A stretch of DNA of 52,055 bases, counting the filler, from Bipalium vagum (taxonomy: Eukaryota), in NCBI GenBank assembly GCA_037834085.1. It is 3 parts of 3 records of this genome, joined end to end, with 100 filler letters (N's around TTAATTAATTAA, not from the genome) between each part and the next. Parts side by side here need not be neighbours in the genome. Positions count along the whole stretch, not along the records: positions 1 to 16,238 come from JBBMKC010120938.1; 2 more parts are not named here. One strand, written 5' to 3'. The translations under genes and the position numbers were made by a program. This document shows, in pieces, positions 1-12,579 of this stretch. The notes beneath the pieces were generated by a model. The model made no database searches and was not told the DNA's origin. It saw only the letters and a program-made list of their open reading frames with translations. The first letter of the stretch is position 1. Each line of letters opens with the position of its first letter.

Positions 1-739
1 CTATATTATTATATTATTATATTATTATATTATTATCTTATTATATTACTATATTATTATTACCATGTTTATTGTTAAAAATACAAAGGAAGTTTGTACT
101 ACGATTAATATCCTAATTTATTAGTATGTAATTAACGTCAATTACTTTATAATGCTTAATACCCATACATCATTAATTTTTGACATCAAAACGAAGACTA
201 TTTCCAAAAAGAACTTTTTCTTTATTAATTATGTCTACTTTACAAGGGAATAGACAGTTTTTATTTTTTTAAAACTATAATGAAAACTTTTGTTTTCCTT
301 TAATAACATTTCTGATTGCCTCGTGGGTTGCTTTATTCTTGGATCTTTTAATACAAATCAAAAGTTTGAAGGGGAATAAAAAGCTTTCTGAAATACAATA
401 TCCAAAGAATAGGATATATAGGGACATAATAAATTTCTTAATGAGACAGTGGTATAAGTTCTGTTTTATTTCTCTCAAAACGATTTACAAGAACAGAGAT
501 AACGAATGTTGAATAGAATATTATTTTTGCTTTGCCAGTGGAAAAGGCATACTTTGGGATGTTGAAGAATTTGTTGGTCTTTTCCGTCCAATGTAACTGT
601 TTGGAAACTATTGCCTGTAAACAAGTTTCTCCTACATTGATTTCCAGTTTGCATTTTAAGCCTTGAAATCTTTCGATTATAATTATATTCTTAGGTTTTA
701 TCATTAAACCACCTTTAAGACATTTTAGGTAATATTAAA

Positions 740-1830
740 CGTGGGAATTATTTCCCATTGTGTTTTTTATGAAAATAAAATCGTTCATTTAAGAGTAACA
801 AAGCATTTATTTCAGTCAAAATATTTTCCGTTGGCAACTTTTGACCATCTATCCGGCAAATATTGGATTCTGTCGTAAATGAAATCTTGAACCTTTGAAG
901 TTTTGAAGCAATCCATCGATTCGTTCATTTTTTGACAACTTCATAGGAATTGAAGGATTGTTCAATACAAGAATGCTGCATGGCATGGAATGTTACAAGT
1001 GAAAGTCAGATGGCTCTGTCTAGTGAGGACGCGGTTTAGGTGGAACCTCAAACAAGTCTTTTCAATGTTTCTTTAAATTTTTTTTCAAGATATTGTGTTG
1101 CCAAATGATCTGGTCAGGTCTTGGGCCATATTATGGTCTATTGGTAATTATTGCTCGACTTAGATTGAGTAATTGGTGCTGATATCGATAACCTGTTCCA
1201 GTTTCAGATGGTTTGAAAAGCTCATTGTACAATAATTCAGTGTGGTCCGAGCAGATATATAGCAATACTTTACTTCTGTTCGTCCATCTTAGTACTGTGG
1301 ATGTTGGTGGTTCTCTTGACATTGTCCATGATTTTCTTATATCAAACCCATTTTTCATCAGAAGTTATAACTCAATGCATAAATGTGAGCCTTGTAAGTA
1401 ACATTTCACAAACAGTTTTGCGATTTTTTTGCCTTTCGGTCAAATCATATGGTATTCATTTTCCATATTTTTGGATCATTTCAAATGCCTGCATCCGTTT
1501 ACCAGCAGTTCATCTATCAAAACTCAATGTCTTCTTTGACAATTCCTCGTTTATCATATTTGAACTTCTTTGGTTGTTCTGAACATTTTTTGTGTTGGAC
1601 GCTACAGTCACCTGTCTTAAATCGTCGATACAATTCTCGGAATGATGGTTTAGACATAGCATATTCCCCCTAAGTTTTTGTCATTAATCTATGGGCTTTG
1701 GCTGCTTATTTCTTTAAATTGTAGCAAAATAATAATGATTCCCGAAAATGTTTTTTCTTGGTTTATGAATTTGCATTTTAATAAAATAAATAAGCTATTT
1801 GATTAGTTAAAACAAATACTAATTATTTTT
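740..1830 (-). mobile_element. Decayed mariner transposon
   Basis: Minus-strand remnants of IPYDL and ITSDEKW motifs plus a C-terminal LPDRWSKV. Many stops and frameshifts. Ends approximate. Confidence 0.75.
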
Positions 1831-2015
1831 ATTAGGTTGTTACATAAAAATGTCAGATTTCGACTCGAAAATTTAAAAGGCAATAACTTAAAAAATAATA
1901 AATAAATGTATACTAGTGGACAAATTAATTCTTGATTAATTAATATATATCGATTAAACGTCGTAGATAGTTTTTAAATGTAATATTAATTCATCTTAAC
2001 TTATTTCTTAGTGAA

Positions 2016-2680
2016 ATGAAATCCGATGAATTAAGACAACGAGCCAAGGCTATGAAGTATGAAAGGCATACCTTTAAAGAAATAAGTGATGTCCTAGGTA
2101 TAAGTTACGATGCCGCAAGAAATTTATGCAACTATAAGAAGATTAAACATCCTAAGAAATGTGGACGACATAGAAAAATAACAAAAGCAATTGCTCTATC
2201 CATAAAACGATCTATTGCACGTTTTAAAAGTTCTGGGGAAAAAGTCTGCAGTTCAAAAATTAAAGAAGATTGCCTAATTAAGTCTTCAACGAAGACAATA
2301 CAGAGGTACCTGACAACAATAGGTGCTAAATACAAGCAATCAAAGAACCTGATCGTTTTGAGTCAGAGGCACAAAGACCAAAGAGTAAGAATGTGTTCCA
2401 AGTGGATCATCCAAATTCACAACTGGAACTTAACTATCTTTTCAGACGAAAAACGCTTCAGTATGGACGATCCAGACAATTGGAGTACTTATGTTATGCC
2501 GGGTGAATCCATAGTTAGAAAAAGAAAGCAATGCAAAGGCGGTGGTATTAGGGTATGACTAATTAAATTCCCAAATGGTTTGATAACTTACAGAATAATT
2601 AGAAACAAGTTCAAAGCAGTGGACTACATTGCCATGCTTCAAGATAAACTTGTGCCATGTATAATTGAACCATGGCCAAA
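2016..2680 (+). mobile_element. Truncated Tc1-like transposase
   Basis: ORF 2016-2558 has an HTH-like N-terminus, GR..K, and W..TIFSDEKRF. It stops prematurely before the second Asp. Confidence 0.85.
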
Positions 2681-3169
2681 ACAGATTGATATATAATAAG
2701 ACATGATCTATCCACATATAATGAGTAAAATTTCATGACAAACCTTAACTTCAATAAATCAGAAATTTTCTATTTAACAACCTAATATATATATATAGGG
2801 TGTTTCAAACGCGCTGTTTTTTTAAACACCCTATATTACAATAACAGTTTTATTTTCAATGACAAATATACAATATTTATAATAAGAAATAATATAGAAC
2901 TAATTTCCATACCTAATAATTACTTTTAAAAATATTTGTAAAAACCATAGACAATCGTAAATAAATACTGTCTGTCATCTTTTGTCCATATCTTTTAAGA
3001 TTTCTTATCAATAATTCCAAATATAAAGTTTTGAGTAAGATAAGATTGTAAAATACTTTTATAAAATTTATAAATGAGTAAATTGTGACATATTTCTGAA
3101 AATTTGAGAAACTATATAACAGGAATAAATCTGTGTATATATTTGATATTATGTAATCGAAAAAGAAAT

Positions 3170-3730
3170 GTTGGTATTATCCAATAAATCATAACACAAC
3201 TTTTAGCAATCATCGAAATATTCTTAACACCAACAGGAAATCAAGTTTTCAATAACTCTTGTGAAAATTATCATCTTTGGGGTCGAAAAACTTAAGCATA
3301 CCATTTTTGATAGCATCTTGATTTTGAAATTTTTTTATCGAAAAGGAAATACTACATCTATCAGAATAAGTGATAGTCAGATGGTGTATATCTGAGTAAT
3401 AAGAAGGATGAGGGAGAAAATCCCATCCTAGTTCCTTGATTTTCTGGAGGGTCACTTTTGAGATTATGTTTTCATTAGATAAAATCCTTTAATCTGATTA
3501 ATTGTTCGTAATTGGTTCCCCATGACAACAGCTGGTGAATTAGTTTAGTCAAATTCATGTAGCATGCAATTTTTAAATTAAGCTCAGATATTCTAAATAA
3601 ATCATATTATTTAAACAATTTATAGTTTATTAATATTTAATGAAATAATCTACAATAAGTTTATTGATAAAATTTATTTACACTTTTCATAAAAATGATC
3701 ACAAAACGGACATTATCTTTCTGATGACTT
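3170..3730 (-). mobile_element. Mariner fragment (internally deleted)
   Basis: LGWDFLPHPSYYSDI corresponds to the PHPPYSPDL motif. Confidence 0.75.
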
Positions 3731-3826
3731 TATAGATAGATGGGATATTTTTAATATGTTTTGTTTCAAAACATTTTGGAAAAATGTTATTTAAAAATAA
3801 CTTATATAAAATTTTATTTTTTCTAG

Positions 3827-4189
3827 AAATGAATAATTTAATACCAGAACAGCCTTCTTTGAATCGAAGGAATTCAAAATCAGTTGATCAGTTGAATATG
3901 ATGCGAACCTGTGTTTCTGAAGGAAAGACCATACCTCAGCTGATCTTTACCAATACTAATCAGTCTTCTGGAATTGCTAGACAAGTGAGACGAACTATTT
4001 CTGGTGCTCACCATTTATCAAAGACCACGCTAAATAACAAAGAAAAGGGAATAAAAGATCATAACTATCTTCTCTCACCATCAACGTACAAGAAAGCACT
4101 TTCTGAAAGCTCTGAGGTTAGCAACGATACCGTCAGCAATTTCAGTATCGGCAGCCTTGCTAGATATTACAGACTGACAAATAAGAATG
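3827..4189 (+). CDS. Probable coding exon (Ser-rich, disordered), possibly an upstream exon of the SLC4A11-like gene
   Basis: Acceptor TTTTTTCTAG|, donor G|GTAAA, open frame and higher GC than flanks. No recognisable domain. Confidence 0.5.
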
Positions 4190-4459
4190 GTAAAATTATA
4201 AATTCCTTTATTCTCGTTAATTATTGGGTTTTATTTTAACAATACTTGCTATTTTAATTTTAATAAATGGAAGATGCACAGAAATATTAATCTATAATTA
4301 TTTAACCATAAAAGAAAGTTAAAAATATCCTCTAAGGTATTTTCTGAAGAAAAGTAAAACAATAATATAATATTTTTATTATTTAAGTTCTCCCTCATGT
4401 CTTCCATTCGATCATGATTGTATGAATGATTGTAAAAGTTGGAATTAGTTAAATTGCAC

Positions 4460-4817
4460 TGTTAGTTGAAAATTGATAGAAGATACCAGCATTCGAATCC
4501 GGTACCTTCACATGCACATGGACCTCTCTGACCGCTGAGCTACATCCCGCGACTAATTTTCAATTTATCTCACATCTCTTCCTTTAAAGCTCACATCCGT
4601 ACTCTTAACCGTCCCGAATCTGAAAATTCCATTTTCTTTCATTTTACTTTTCCTTTTCACTTTCGAGACCTCGTCGGCTGGTTGATGTCCTGGTGGTCGC
4701 CATGTTAGTTGAAAAATAATCGGAAATACCAAGATTCGAACGCGGGACCTTCACATGCGCATGGAATGCTCTGACCGCTGAGCTACATCCCCCGACTAAT
4801 TTTGAATTTATCTCACA
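4460..4817 (-). mobile_element. Non-autonomous miniature LTR retrotransposon (TRIM) with tRNA-Ala-containing LTRs
   Basis: Two 115-bp direct repeats, 4460-4574 and 4703-4817, both TG...CA, with 16 mismatches in 115 by manual alignment. 5-bp TSD TGCAC at 4455-4459 and 4818-4822. On the minus strand the 5' LTR is followed directly by TGGCGACCACCAGG (PBS) and the 3' LTR is preceded by AAAGGAAGAGA (PPT, 4575-4585). The 128-bp internal region is non-coding. Confidence 0.92.
4721..4792 (-). tRNA. tRNA-Ala-derived sequence in the TRIM 5' LTR (a degenerate copy also lies in the 3' LTR, ~4478-4549)
   Basis: GGGGATGTAGCTCAGCGGTCAGAGC...GTTCGAATC on the minus strand, with mismatches in the T and acceptor stems. 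Confidence 0.6.
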
Positions 4818-6610
4818 TGCACTTAATAAAATAATTATATATTTTCATCACATGGAATATATGTTTTTTTATTTTAAATTGAGAAATAATTAAAATAACT
4901 TAGACTGTGAACTGAAGCATTAATGCAGGAGTCAATCATAAGTTCCATTAAGTTATTGATAAATTAATAACACATTTACTACAATAATAATAATCATTAC
5001 AATTAAAATTTTTCTCAATTTAAAATCGAAAATAAATATATTCCATGTGATGAAAATATATAATTATTTATTAAGTGAAATTTAACTAATTCCAATTTTT
5101 ACAATCATTCATAAAATCATGATCGCTTATTGGTTTGGGGCCGGAGCTTAAGGAGGGTAAGGCAATTCTCGTATCCCAGTCTTGTTTAGTAATGTAATTT
5201 AAGAGTTTTTATCTTATTTTTTCTAACATTAAAAGTTTTATTTCCTTTTTAATGCGTCTAATCAAAGAAATTCGAACTTTATCCTCATGAAAAACATCAA
5301 CACAATTGACAAGAATAGGTTTGTTTATAATATATATATATTCCTGAGGTTCAAATGGTAATCAGACTATCATTTAGTTATGAAGAACGATAAACAAGAA
5401 ATTTTTTCCAAAAAAAGTTTTCCCAAAATAAAGAATAATTTTTGGAAATTATCTTATGATAGTAAGAGGACATATCAATTCTTTTACCAAATATATCGAC
5501 ACAAAATTGCAAATGTTAAATACTTTTCATCATGTTTATGAGATGAAACGAAATGTGGCTTCTCCATTCCAAAACTTGACTTACCAGCTAGTGAAAGAAA
5601 AATGTGGTCCAACGGATATATTCAAAGAAATCAGTCAAAGAGCTCGAAGGTCCAGTCAACGATGTTTTCATAACTGAATTTGATAAACGTATTTATTTAA
5701 CATAATTATTATTTATATTTTTAAATTTTAAGTTACCAAAGCACAATTCAGAAAAGTTTTGATGAAGTATTCAGGGTATCAAAATAGGGTTAAAAAAACT
5801 CAACATCTTAAATATGGGTTGCACATTCATTTATTATTTCTATTTTAAGTTATTTTATTGATTATTAATCTCAGACCTTTAAACCATCGATCATAAAATT
5901 AATATTTTTGATAAGTTACCACCAGATAATGAAACAAATACAATTCTTTTTCAAATTAAATCACTCAGAACAGAAACATAATAATTAATTTTTTTTAATA
6001 TATTTATGTTATTATTATTATATATAATTTAATATATGAGAAGTGCTCTCAAAACTAATTTTAAGATTTTTGTTTAAGTTCATTGGAAATTAAAAAATAC
6101 TTCAAATTTCCCAACATATTTATACTTGTTTTCAAATCTTATTGTTTCCATAATCAATACTGAATGAATATTTCTTTTATGCTCTTAAAGAAAATTTATT
6201 TCCTTTGAGTTAAATTGTCAAGAAATAATAGACCTAAATATCGTTAATTAACAGAATTTAATGGGGCACCCAACAAAGAGAATTATGTAAAATACTTGTT
6301 CCTTTTCAGTCTTTTGTTTTAAAAATGTTACTTTAACATTTTTATTTTGGAGAAAAACGATAATATTCTTCGTAAATATGTGAAATGGGTTTTGTTGAAA
6401 AATTCCAAATCTTGTTCAAAGTCAAGAGAAATATTATTTATTCATAACATGAGAATTTTCGACTTTATAATCATAAATTAAATAATTTAAAATTATCAAA
6501 ATAAAAGAATTTTATTTAATAATTTATTAAAAAAAATAATGTTATAATAAAATATTGTACCTGATCAAATTAATTGAATAAATAAAGGAAAATAACACAG
6601 AAGCTTCATA

Positions 6611-6816
6611 TATTAGGTGTAGGCATAAGTTTCAAACCATTTTTTCACCTTTTTTTTACCTGCATTTATATGAAAGATGGCAAAAAGTGATTTCCAATAA
6701 TGGATATGTTGTTGATGACTGATTTTTTGAATCCCTGTCGTAAAAAAATATATTACCTTTTTAATAACATTTAGTTTTTAAAAAAAATGGAATAAAACTT
6801 ATGCTTACACGTAATA
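6611..6816. mobile_element. Mariner-derived MITE
   Basis: TATTAGGTGTAGGCATAAGTT...AACTTATGCTTACACGTAATA inverted termini with flanking TA. Confidence 0.6.
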
Positions 6817-7714
6817 AAATCATATCCCAAACCCAATGTATTTCTTATGTCGTTATAAAATGAACTTGAGAATGTTTTAAACAAATTTTAATATTTTGTT
6901 AGTCCTCCTTTGAGTTTAATCAAGCAATTTATGCGACCGGGTTGGTTTTCAATACATTTATTAATCACAATCAATATTTCATGATTACAGGCGTCCAATA
7001 AACTTTCAAAGAGTTCTTTTTTTGTTATATTAAATTTTCCACCAAAAAACAGAATAATTTTTAATTAGATTTTCAAATCGATCAAATTGTTAATTTTTTA
7101 TTTAAATAACGATAAAATATAACAATATTGAATTTTTATAAAACAATTTTACGGAAATTAAATCTATAATTAAATATTAAATTAAATCAAAAAAATATAA
7201 AATGAAACTAAAGCCGCATCATGCGATTTGTATATTCAGATCTTTTTCTATTAAAAAACTGAAATTAGAGATATTCAACATTGTGATAAAAATAAATAAA
7301 ATTAAAAAAATATTTTCCAGCAAATTTGATGAATTGTAAGCAAAATGTATTCATAAAAAGTTTCAATTTCATTCCTGTTATATGCTGAATGAGCGGCAGT
7401 TTCAGATATATTAAAAAGTTCAATTTTTGTTAACTATTTTAACAAATATTATAGTTTATGAAGCTAATAAATAAAATAAATATTTTATTTGGTTCTACAA
7501 TTATTTGACCAATAATTTATGCAAAATTTCATTTCAACAGATATTGATATTGTCCAATGAAATTTCGGTGTGAAATCATTAAAATCAAACTATTATTATT
7601 AAATATAGAAAAAAGGTTTTATTAGTTTTTCTATCTTTACCCATGATCATCAGAGGCCATAAGCCAAAAGTCGTCGATTATTAGGACTCAATCATACATA
7701 GAGTTGAATGTTAG

Positions 7715-7902
7715 ATTCGGAAGAGATTGGAACCAAATGGAAAGCTCCTAGTAGAGTCAGTATTTCAGACCATCCACCAACAACGGTGATAATTAAGCAG
7801 AATAGTCGTGATCCAAATTTTGCTCGAAAAAAGTCAAGAAACAGTTCTATTTCATTTAAAGATTTTCCAAAACTTCTTAATAAAACTCGCACTAGTAAGC
7901 CC
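7715..7902 (+). CDS. Possible coding exon linking 3827-4189 to 12342-12579
   Basis: Open frame (DSEEIGTKWKAPSRVSISDH...) starts in phase 1 and ends CCC|GTAAG in phase 0, compatible with both neighbours. The acceptor is weak. Confidence 0.3.
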
Positions 7903-9061
7903 GTAAGAGGTGTGATCCAAGTGTTAATTTTCATATTGATTTTGTAAAATTTATTTTCGCTTTCATAATAAAGTAATATTTTCAGGAGAAGGATTCCCAT
8001 GTCTTGTTCTGGCCAGATTGGAGGCAAGATTTTTTTTATTTGAAATATTATCCATCATGTTTTTTTTCATATATATAAAAATTGAAAACAAATTAAGCTT
8101 GTTCGATCAAAGAAAAATGTTCAGTTGAATCTATTGATCAATTTTCATACATAAAACATAAAAAAATTTTTGAGATCAATTTACATTTTCTCCGAAATGA
8201 ATATGACCCAAATATATGATTATTGTATCAATTTAAATAATTAACGTTGTGTATACTTGCTAATTAAATATCTCAACATTTAGGTAAGTAATAATTTGTT
8301 TTAATAAACTGATGTACAATATAAAAATAATAATTAAAAACTAAAAATAAATGATAATTGAAACATAGATTGAAAAAATATTTATATTTTCTCTTCGGAA
8401 TATTAATCTGATAAGATTCTGCAACGGAGATGTTTTTAATTTCTAGATTTATATATTATTAGTTATATTTGTAGAAAGATTTTTTAAAAATATATATTTC
8501 AAATGATAATATTTTTCTGTATATTGTACCCTTTAATAAAAATGAATGAATGTGTGTGTGTATAAAAAATCTTAATCATATTTTAATATAATATTTCTAT
8601 GCAAAATAAAATAAAACAATTCTCTTTCAATGTTATATAACTTTCAGTCTCATTGCAGAATAATTGTCTTTATTCTTTCACCTATAAAATCGCAACTTTT
8701 ATTTTGAGTTTATATTTTTCATTATTATGACTTGATTTAGTATTTTTATAAAACTTAGAATAATTATTTCATTAAAATAGAATTATTTTATTTTTTAAAA
8801 ATAATTTTATATTTAATAATTTTATATTACTTATGAATTTGATAGATATTCTCCTTCTTTTGGATCACTGAATTTATTAATTTTAAACTGATAGAACATC
8901 TGAAAAAAGAAAGATCAAGACATTCTTGTGAATTTGGAGACAATGTTAACGAAAATTGCAAGAAAATAATTCAATCAGGGAAGAAAATAACAACTCGAGA
9001 TATACTAACCCGATCAAATGTCAGCAATATGCTTTAGCAGCTATTTAAATATTTTTTGGTA

Positions 9062-9954
9062 CAGTCGAACTCGCTTAATGTCATGTCATCCGTTCCACAG
9101 AAAACAATGATAATAAGCGGGTCATGATATTAACAGGGCAACGGTTAATATCATGGTTCGGGGTAATAACCGATATAAGGTTGATGTTGTATTTTTAACT
9201 GATACTGAGAATGAAAATTATAAAAGCAACTAAATTTTATTTAGACATCTGAAATAATCCCGTATCAAGTGTTAATTGGCGCGTTGTGGTGGCATTTTTC
9301 ATAATCGTTTTGATGAATTTGATTTTCTATTTGATTAAAGTGTTTCCAATCCCATAATCCACTCTTTGAGAAAATTTTACAAATATTTTCTAAGGATTCT
9401 AAACCTATTTGTTTGTTGATATTTATTGCAGAAGTTTCTGATTCTGAATCGTCATCAGACACGTTTTTAACAATCTGCTACAATATCCACACACACTATA
9501 GCTCAATCAGTATTAATATAATTTTCAAAATTAAAGTCCAAGTCATTTGTATTAAATGTACTTGCATCATTTGGTAATATCTCATCATTGTCACGACAGA
9601 AAGCAGTTTTGAATAGTAGAATACTGCTAATTATTTCCCACGATTCTTTTAGTATATGAAGAGAAGACAATAAATCAATTTTACGACACAATTAAATTGC
9701 AGAAAATTTTTCTATAGAATCGATAATTACCAACAGCTTAATGAGAATTAGACACCTATAATTACACTTTAAGTTATGTCTTATTCCTTGATCACATGAC
9801 TGAATCAAGGAAGTGACATTTAGAGGTAAAAATACTAACTAAATGTAACATGGTATAAGTTTGGTATGTGCAAAGCAATTATCTATAATTAGAACAATTT
9901 TCAATTTTTTGCAATTGGTTTTCAGTGCACCATGACATTAAACGGGATCGACTG
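9062..9954 (-). mobile_element. pogo/Tigger-like deletion derivative
   Basis: TA|CAGTCGAACTCGCTTAATGTCATG...CATGACATTAAACGGGATCGACTG|TA. Minus-strand remnants include DQGI and IDLLSSLHILKESWE. Confidence 0.8.
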
Positions 9955-11034
9955 TATTAGGAAATTGAGTTCCAGACTTATTCCTTATTTCCTAATAGGT
10001 GAAATGCTTGATAATCGTTTTTAGTATTGTTAATCAAACTATGGATATTTTTAACTAAAGAGTATCCACAATGAAAAGCAGTCGTTACAAAATTAATATA
10101 AAACCTATAATATAGAGTTTCGTTTTACAATTCCCCAATATTTTTCTATTGATCGGAGTTCTGGGCAGTTATGAGGGTTGATTTATCGAGGAACAAATTT
10201 AAAATTATTTATATTGTACTATTCTTATCTATCTTTAGCATAATGAGAACTTGTGAGATCGGGCCAGAACAAAGTAAGAGAGTCATGTTTATTAATAAAA
10301 GGCAACAGACATTTTTGAACGCACTTTTTGATGTAAATTTCGTAATTCATTGTTCTAGTATCACTTTTCATCATGGAGAGTCTTTATTATGAAGAGATTT
10401 TCAAAAATAATAATTGAGAATAAAAGAACATTAATTTTATAATTTAGAGTAAAAATATGCAAATGAGTATGGCTAACAAGTGCTGAAATTTATAATATTA
10501 TGACACAGGTGGCTGATATTGATAGTGTTTTGGTAACATATAAAAAGTAGTACGCACTAATCACACTGTGGGATTGGTGAAGATAAATAAAATATATAAT
10601 TGAATTAATTAATGAAGCTGAGAAAATATGCAATTGCTAACTTATAGATTGTCTAAGAAAATTCAGCTTTTCACAAAAGTGTAGTATCATGTTGTACAAT
10701 TACCTGTTGTGAGTTTGATCATCTGATCCATTTCTTATAGTTTTGATCATTCTCCTTTCGATTTCTACATATTTAATCAGTTGAAAAAATGCCTAAGAGT
10801 TCACGAACATCACATTGAAGTCAGCATAAAGCAACAAGTGAAATTTTTCTGCTATGTGAATTATTCATAAAATATCTTCAGTGCAGTTTCTATTAGTTAA
10901 ATTTATCGAATGATATAACAAGTGTTACAACAACAATGCTGAAATACAGAGAAATATCAATGCTGGGTCATTGATGTCACAATATATTTATGAAATCAAG
11001 TTTGGAGATTTAGCATTTACAAAGTCAAAATAAA

Positions 11035-11880
11035 AGACTTTCATAGAACTTAAATCTTTTTCTGAGATGACTTGAAGACTTTATTATGCATCGCAATATG
11101 CTGATCACAAAAATTATACTTTTATAGCAGTCTATTTTGTCTGGTTTTTGATTTTTAATGATTTTCTTAGAGTATTTTGGTATTTATAATTTAAAGTAAT
11201 CTATATTGATTAAAAATCAATTCACTTAAAAATTGTTAACGTAATCCCATATTTGAGTTAATTTTAATGAAATAGCACACCGGTGATGGATCAATGATTC
11301 AAACTGTTTCTGTTATATCTGTGGGGAATATGTCATCAAAAATTACAGGATGAGCAAAACTCCAGTTATACAATATATGTTTAGAACATATTTCAGAGTA
11401 ATAATAAACGACTTGTATGGCATTTTCGGTTCTCATATTGTATGGAGACAATATTCTTCACATGTGTCCATGTTTTCAGCAGGTAAGATAAGTAACTTAT
11501 CATCCAGTACACCGAGGGAGGAAAAAATCTATGACGATTGCAATTTTTGCTCTGTCTCAGGTTTTCACAAGAGGTCAAAAAAGCATATTGAATATCCAGA
11601 ATTGATACTCTCATCATATAAAAAAGATGATGTTACAACGGTTCCTTATATTAACAATGAAATATCAGATGTGATTATTGAATATTTAAATCATGATGAT
11701 AACAATGAGGAATTGGAAAATGATAATTGCAATGAAATCAGGCAACATGAATTGGATACTTTTGTTCATTGGGTTGGGTTATTCAAGGAAGATGCCACTA
11801 ATGCTAAATTTACTCTATAAGGGAAAATGTTATTGTAGATTTTAGATGGTACTTGGTTTTATAGACCATAAGTAGAAAAA
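11035..11880 (+). mobile_element. Chapaev3-like (CMC superfamily) DNA transposon remnant
   Basis: NDSNCFCYICGEY at ~11293 and DCNFCSVSGF...HIEYP match my recollection of the Chapaev3 transposase N-terminus. Degraded; ends approximate. Confidence 0.6.
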
Positions 11881-12341
11881 ATAATTTATAAGACAATAGC
11901 TATTTCTTATGAGATTGATTTTGGCAACTTCTTGGACCAGGTATAAAGGGAGCTTATATTATATTTTATTACTGAAGTAAAAGTAAAAGGATTATAAAAG
12001 AAAAAATGCGAAAAGAAAAAATGAAAAATAATAATTTACTTAAAATTTTTCGGAGGATTCTATGGAAAATATGGTGATGTATTGTATAAAATAAATATTT
12101 ATGTCATCAGAAGTGTATTGGAAAGCAATTCTTACTATGAACAATGATAAAAAAGCAAAGTAAATATTTTCCTAGGCACCCACCTGCTGTTGTAGAGTCC
12201 ATAGGCAGTGAGATGAATGAAAATGAAAAAACATTTAAATAAAAAAAATTCTTGAATCTTGCTTTTTAATTATATTGATTATTAATCTCCTTTTGTCTTT
12301 ATTTCTTTGTTTGATTTTCTTTTATTTTTATTGCTCTTTAG

Positions 12342-12579
12342 AAAATACCAATAAAAGATTTTTCGTCCGAGGTGCGAGCAACTTTAGATGTAGAAAAATT
12401 TCTAAAAGAAGTTGTTCTGATACTTGATATGGAAGCTAATGATGTCGACAAAATCGTTGAGAATCTTCTTCGACAAATGTACCCAATAGCCATGGACTCT
12501 TCTGTTTATCACATGGAAACGTTCATTAATGATGCGAAAAATGCTTTGTTTATGAAAGCTCATTATGAAAACTTTTCAT
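12342..12579 (+). CDS. SLC4A11: Exon of an SLC4A11-like transporter (N-terminal cytoplasmic domain)
   Basis: Strong acceptor (CTCTTTAG|) and donor (T|GTAAG). Encodes KIPIKDFSSEVRATLDVEKFLKEVVLILDMEANDVDKIVENLL, matching my recollection of the SLC4A11 N-domain motif KDF.xE.RA..D...FL. Confidence 0.75.

Larger units (their letters stand above)
4409..5125. mobile_element. MITE/foldback element with ~115-bp TIRs, left arm interrupted by the TRIM
   Basis: 4409-4459 joined to 4823-~4885 is the reverse complement of ~5012-5125 (CGATCATGATT...GAATTAGTTAAATT.CACTTAATAAAATAATTATATATTTTCATCACATGGAATATAT...). Confidence 0.8.

Noticed and set aside
4478-4792. Tandem functional tRNA-Ala genes or a tRNA-derived SINE
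   Set aside because: Homology extends ~25 bp upstream and ~18 bp downstream of the tRNA to TG/CA ends, with PBS, PPT and TSD and no SINE tail, so an LTR element explains it better.
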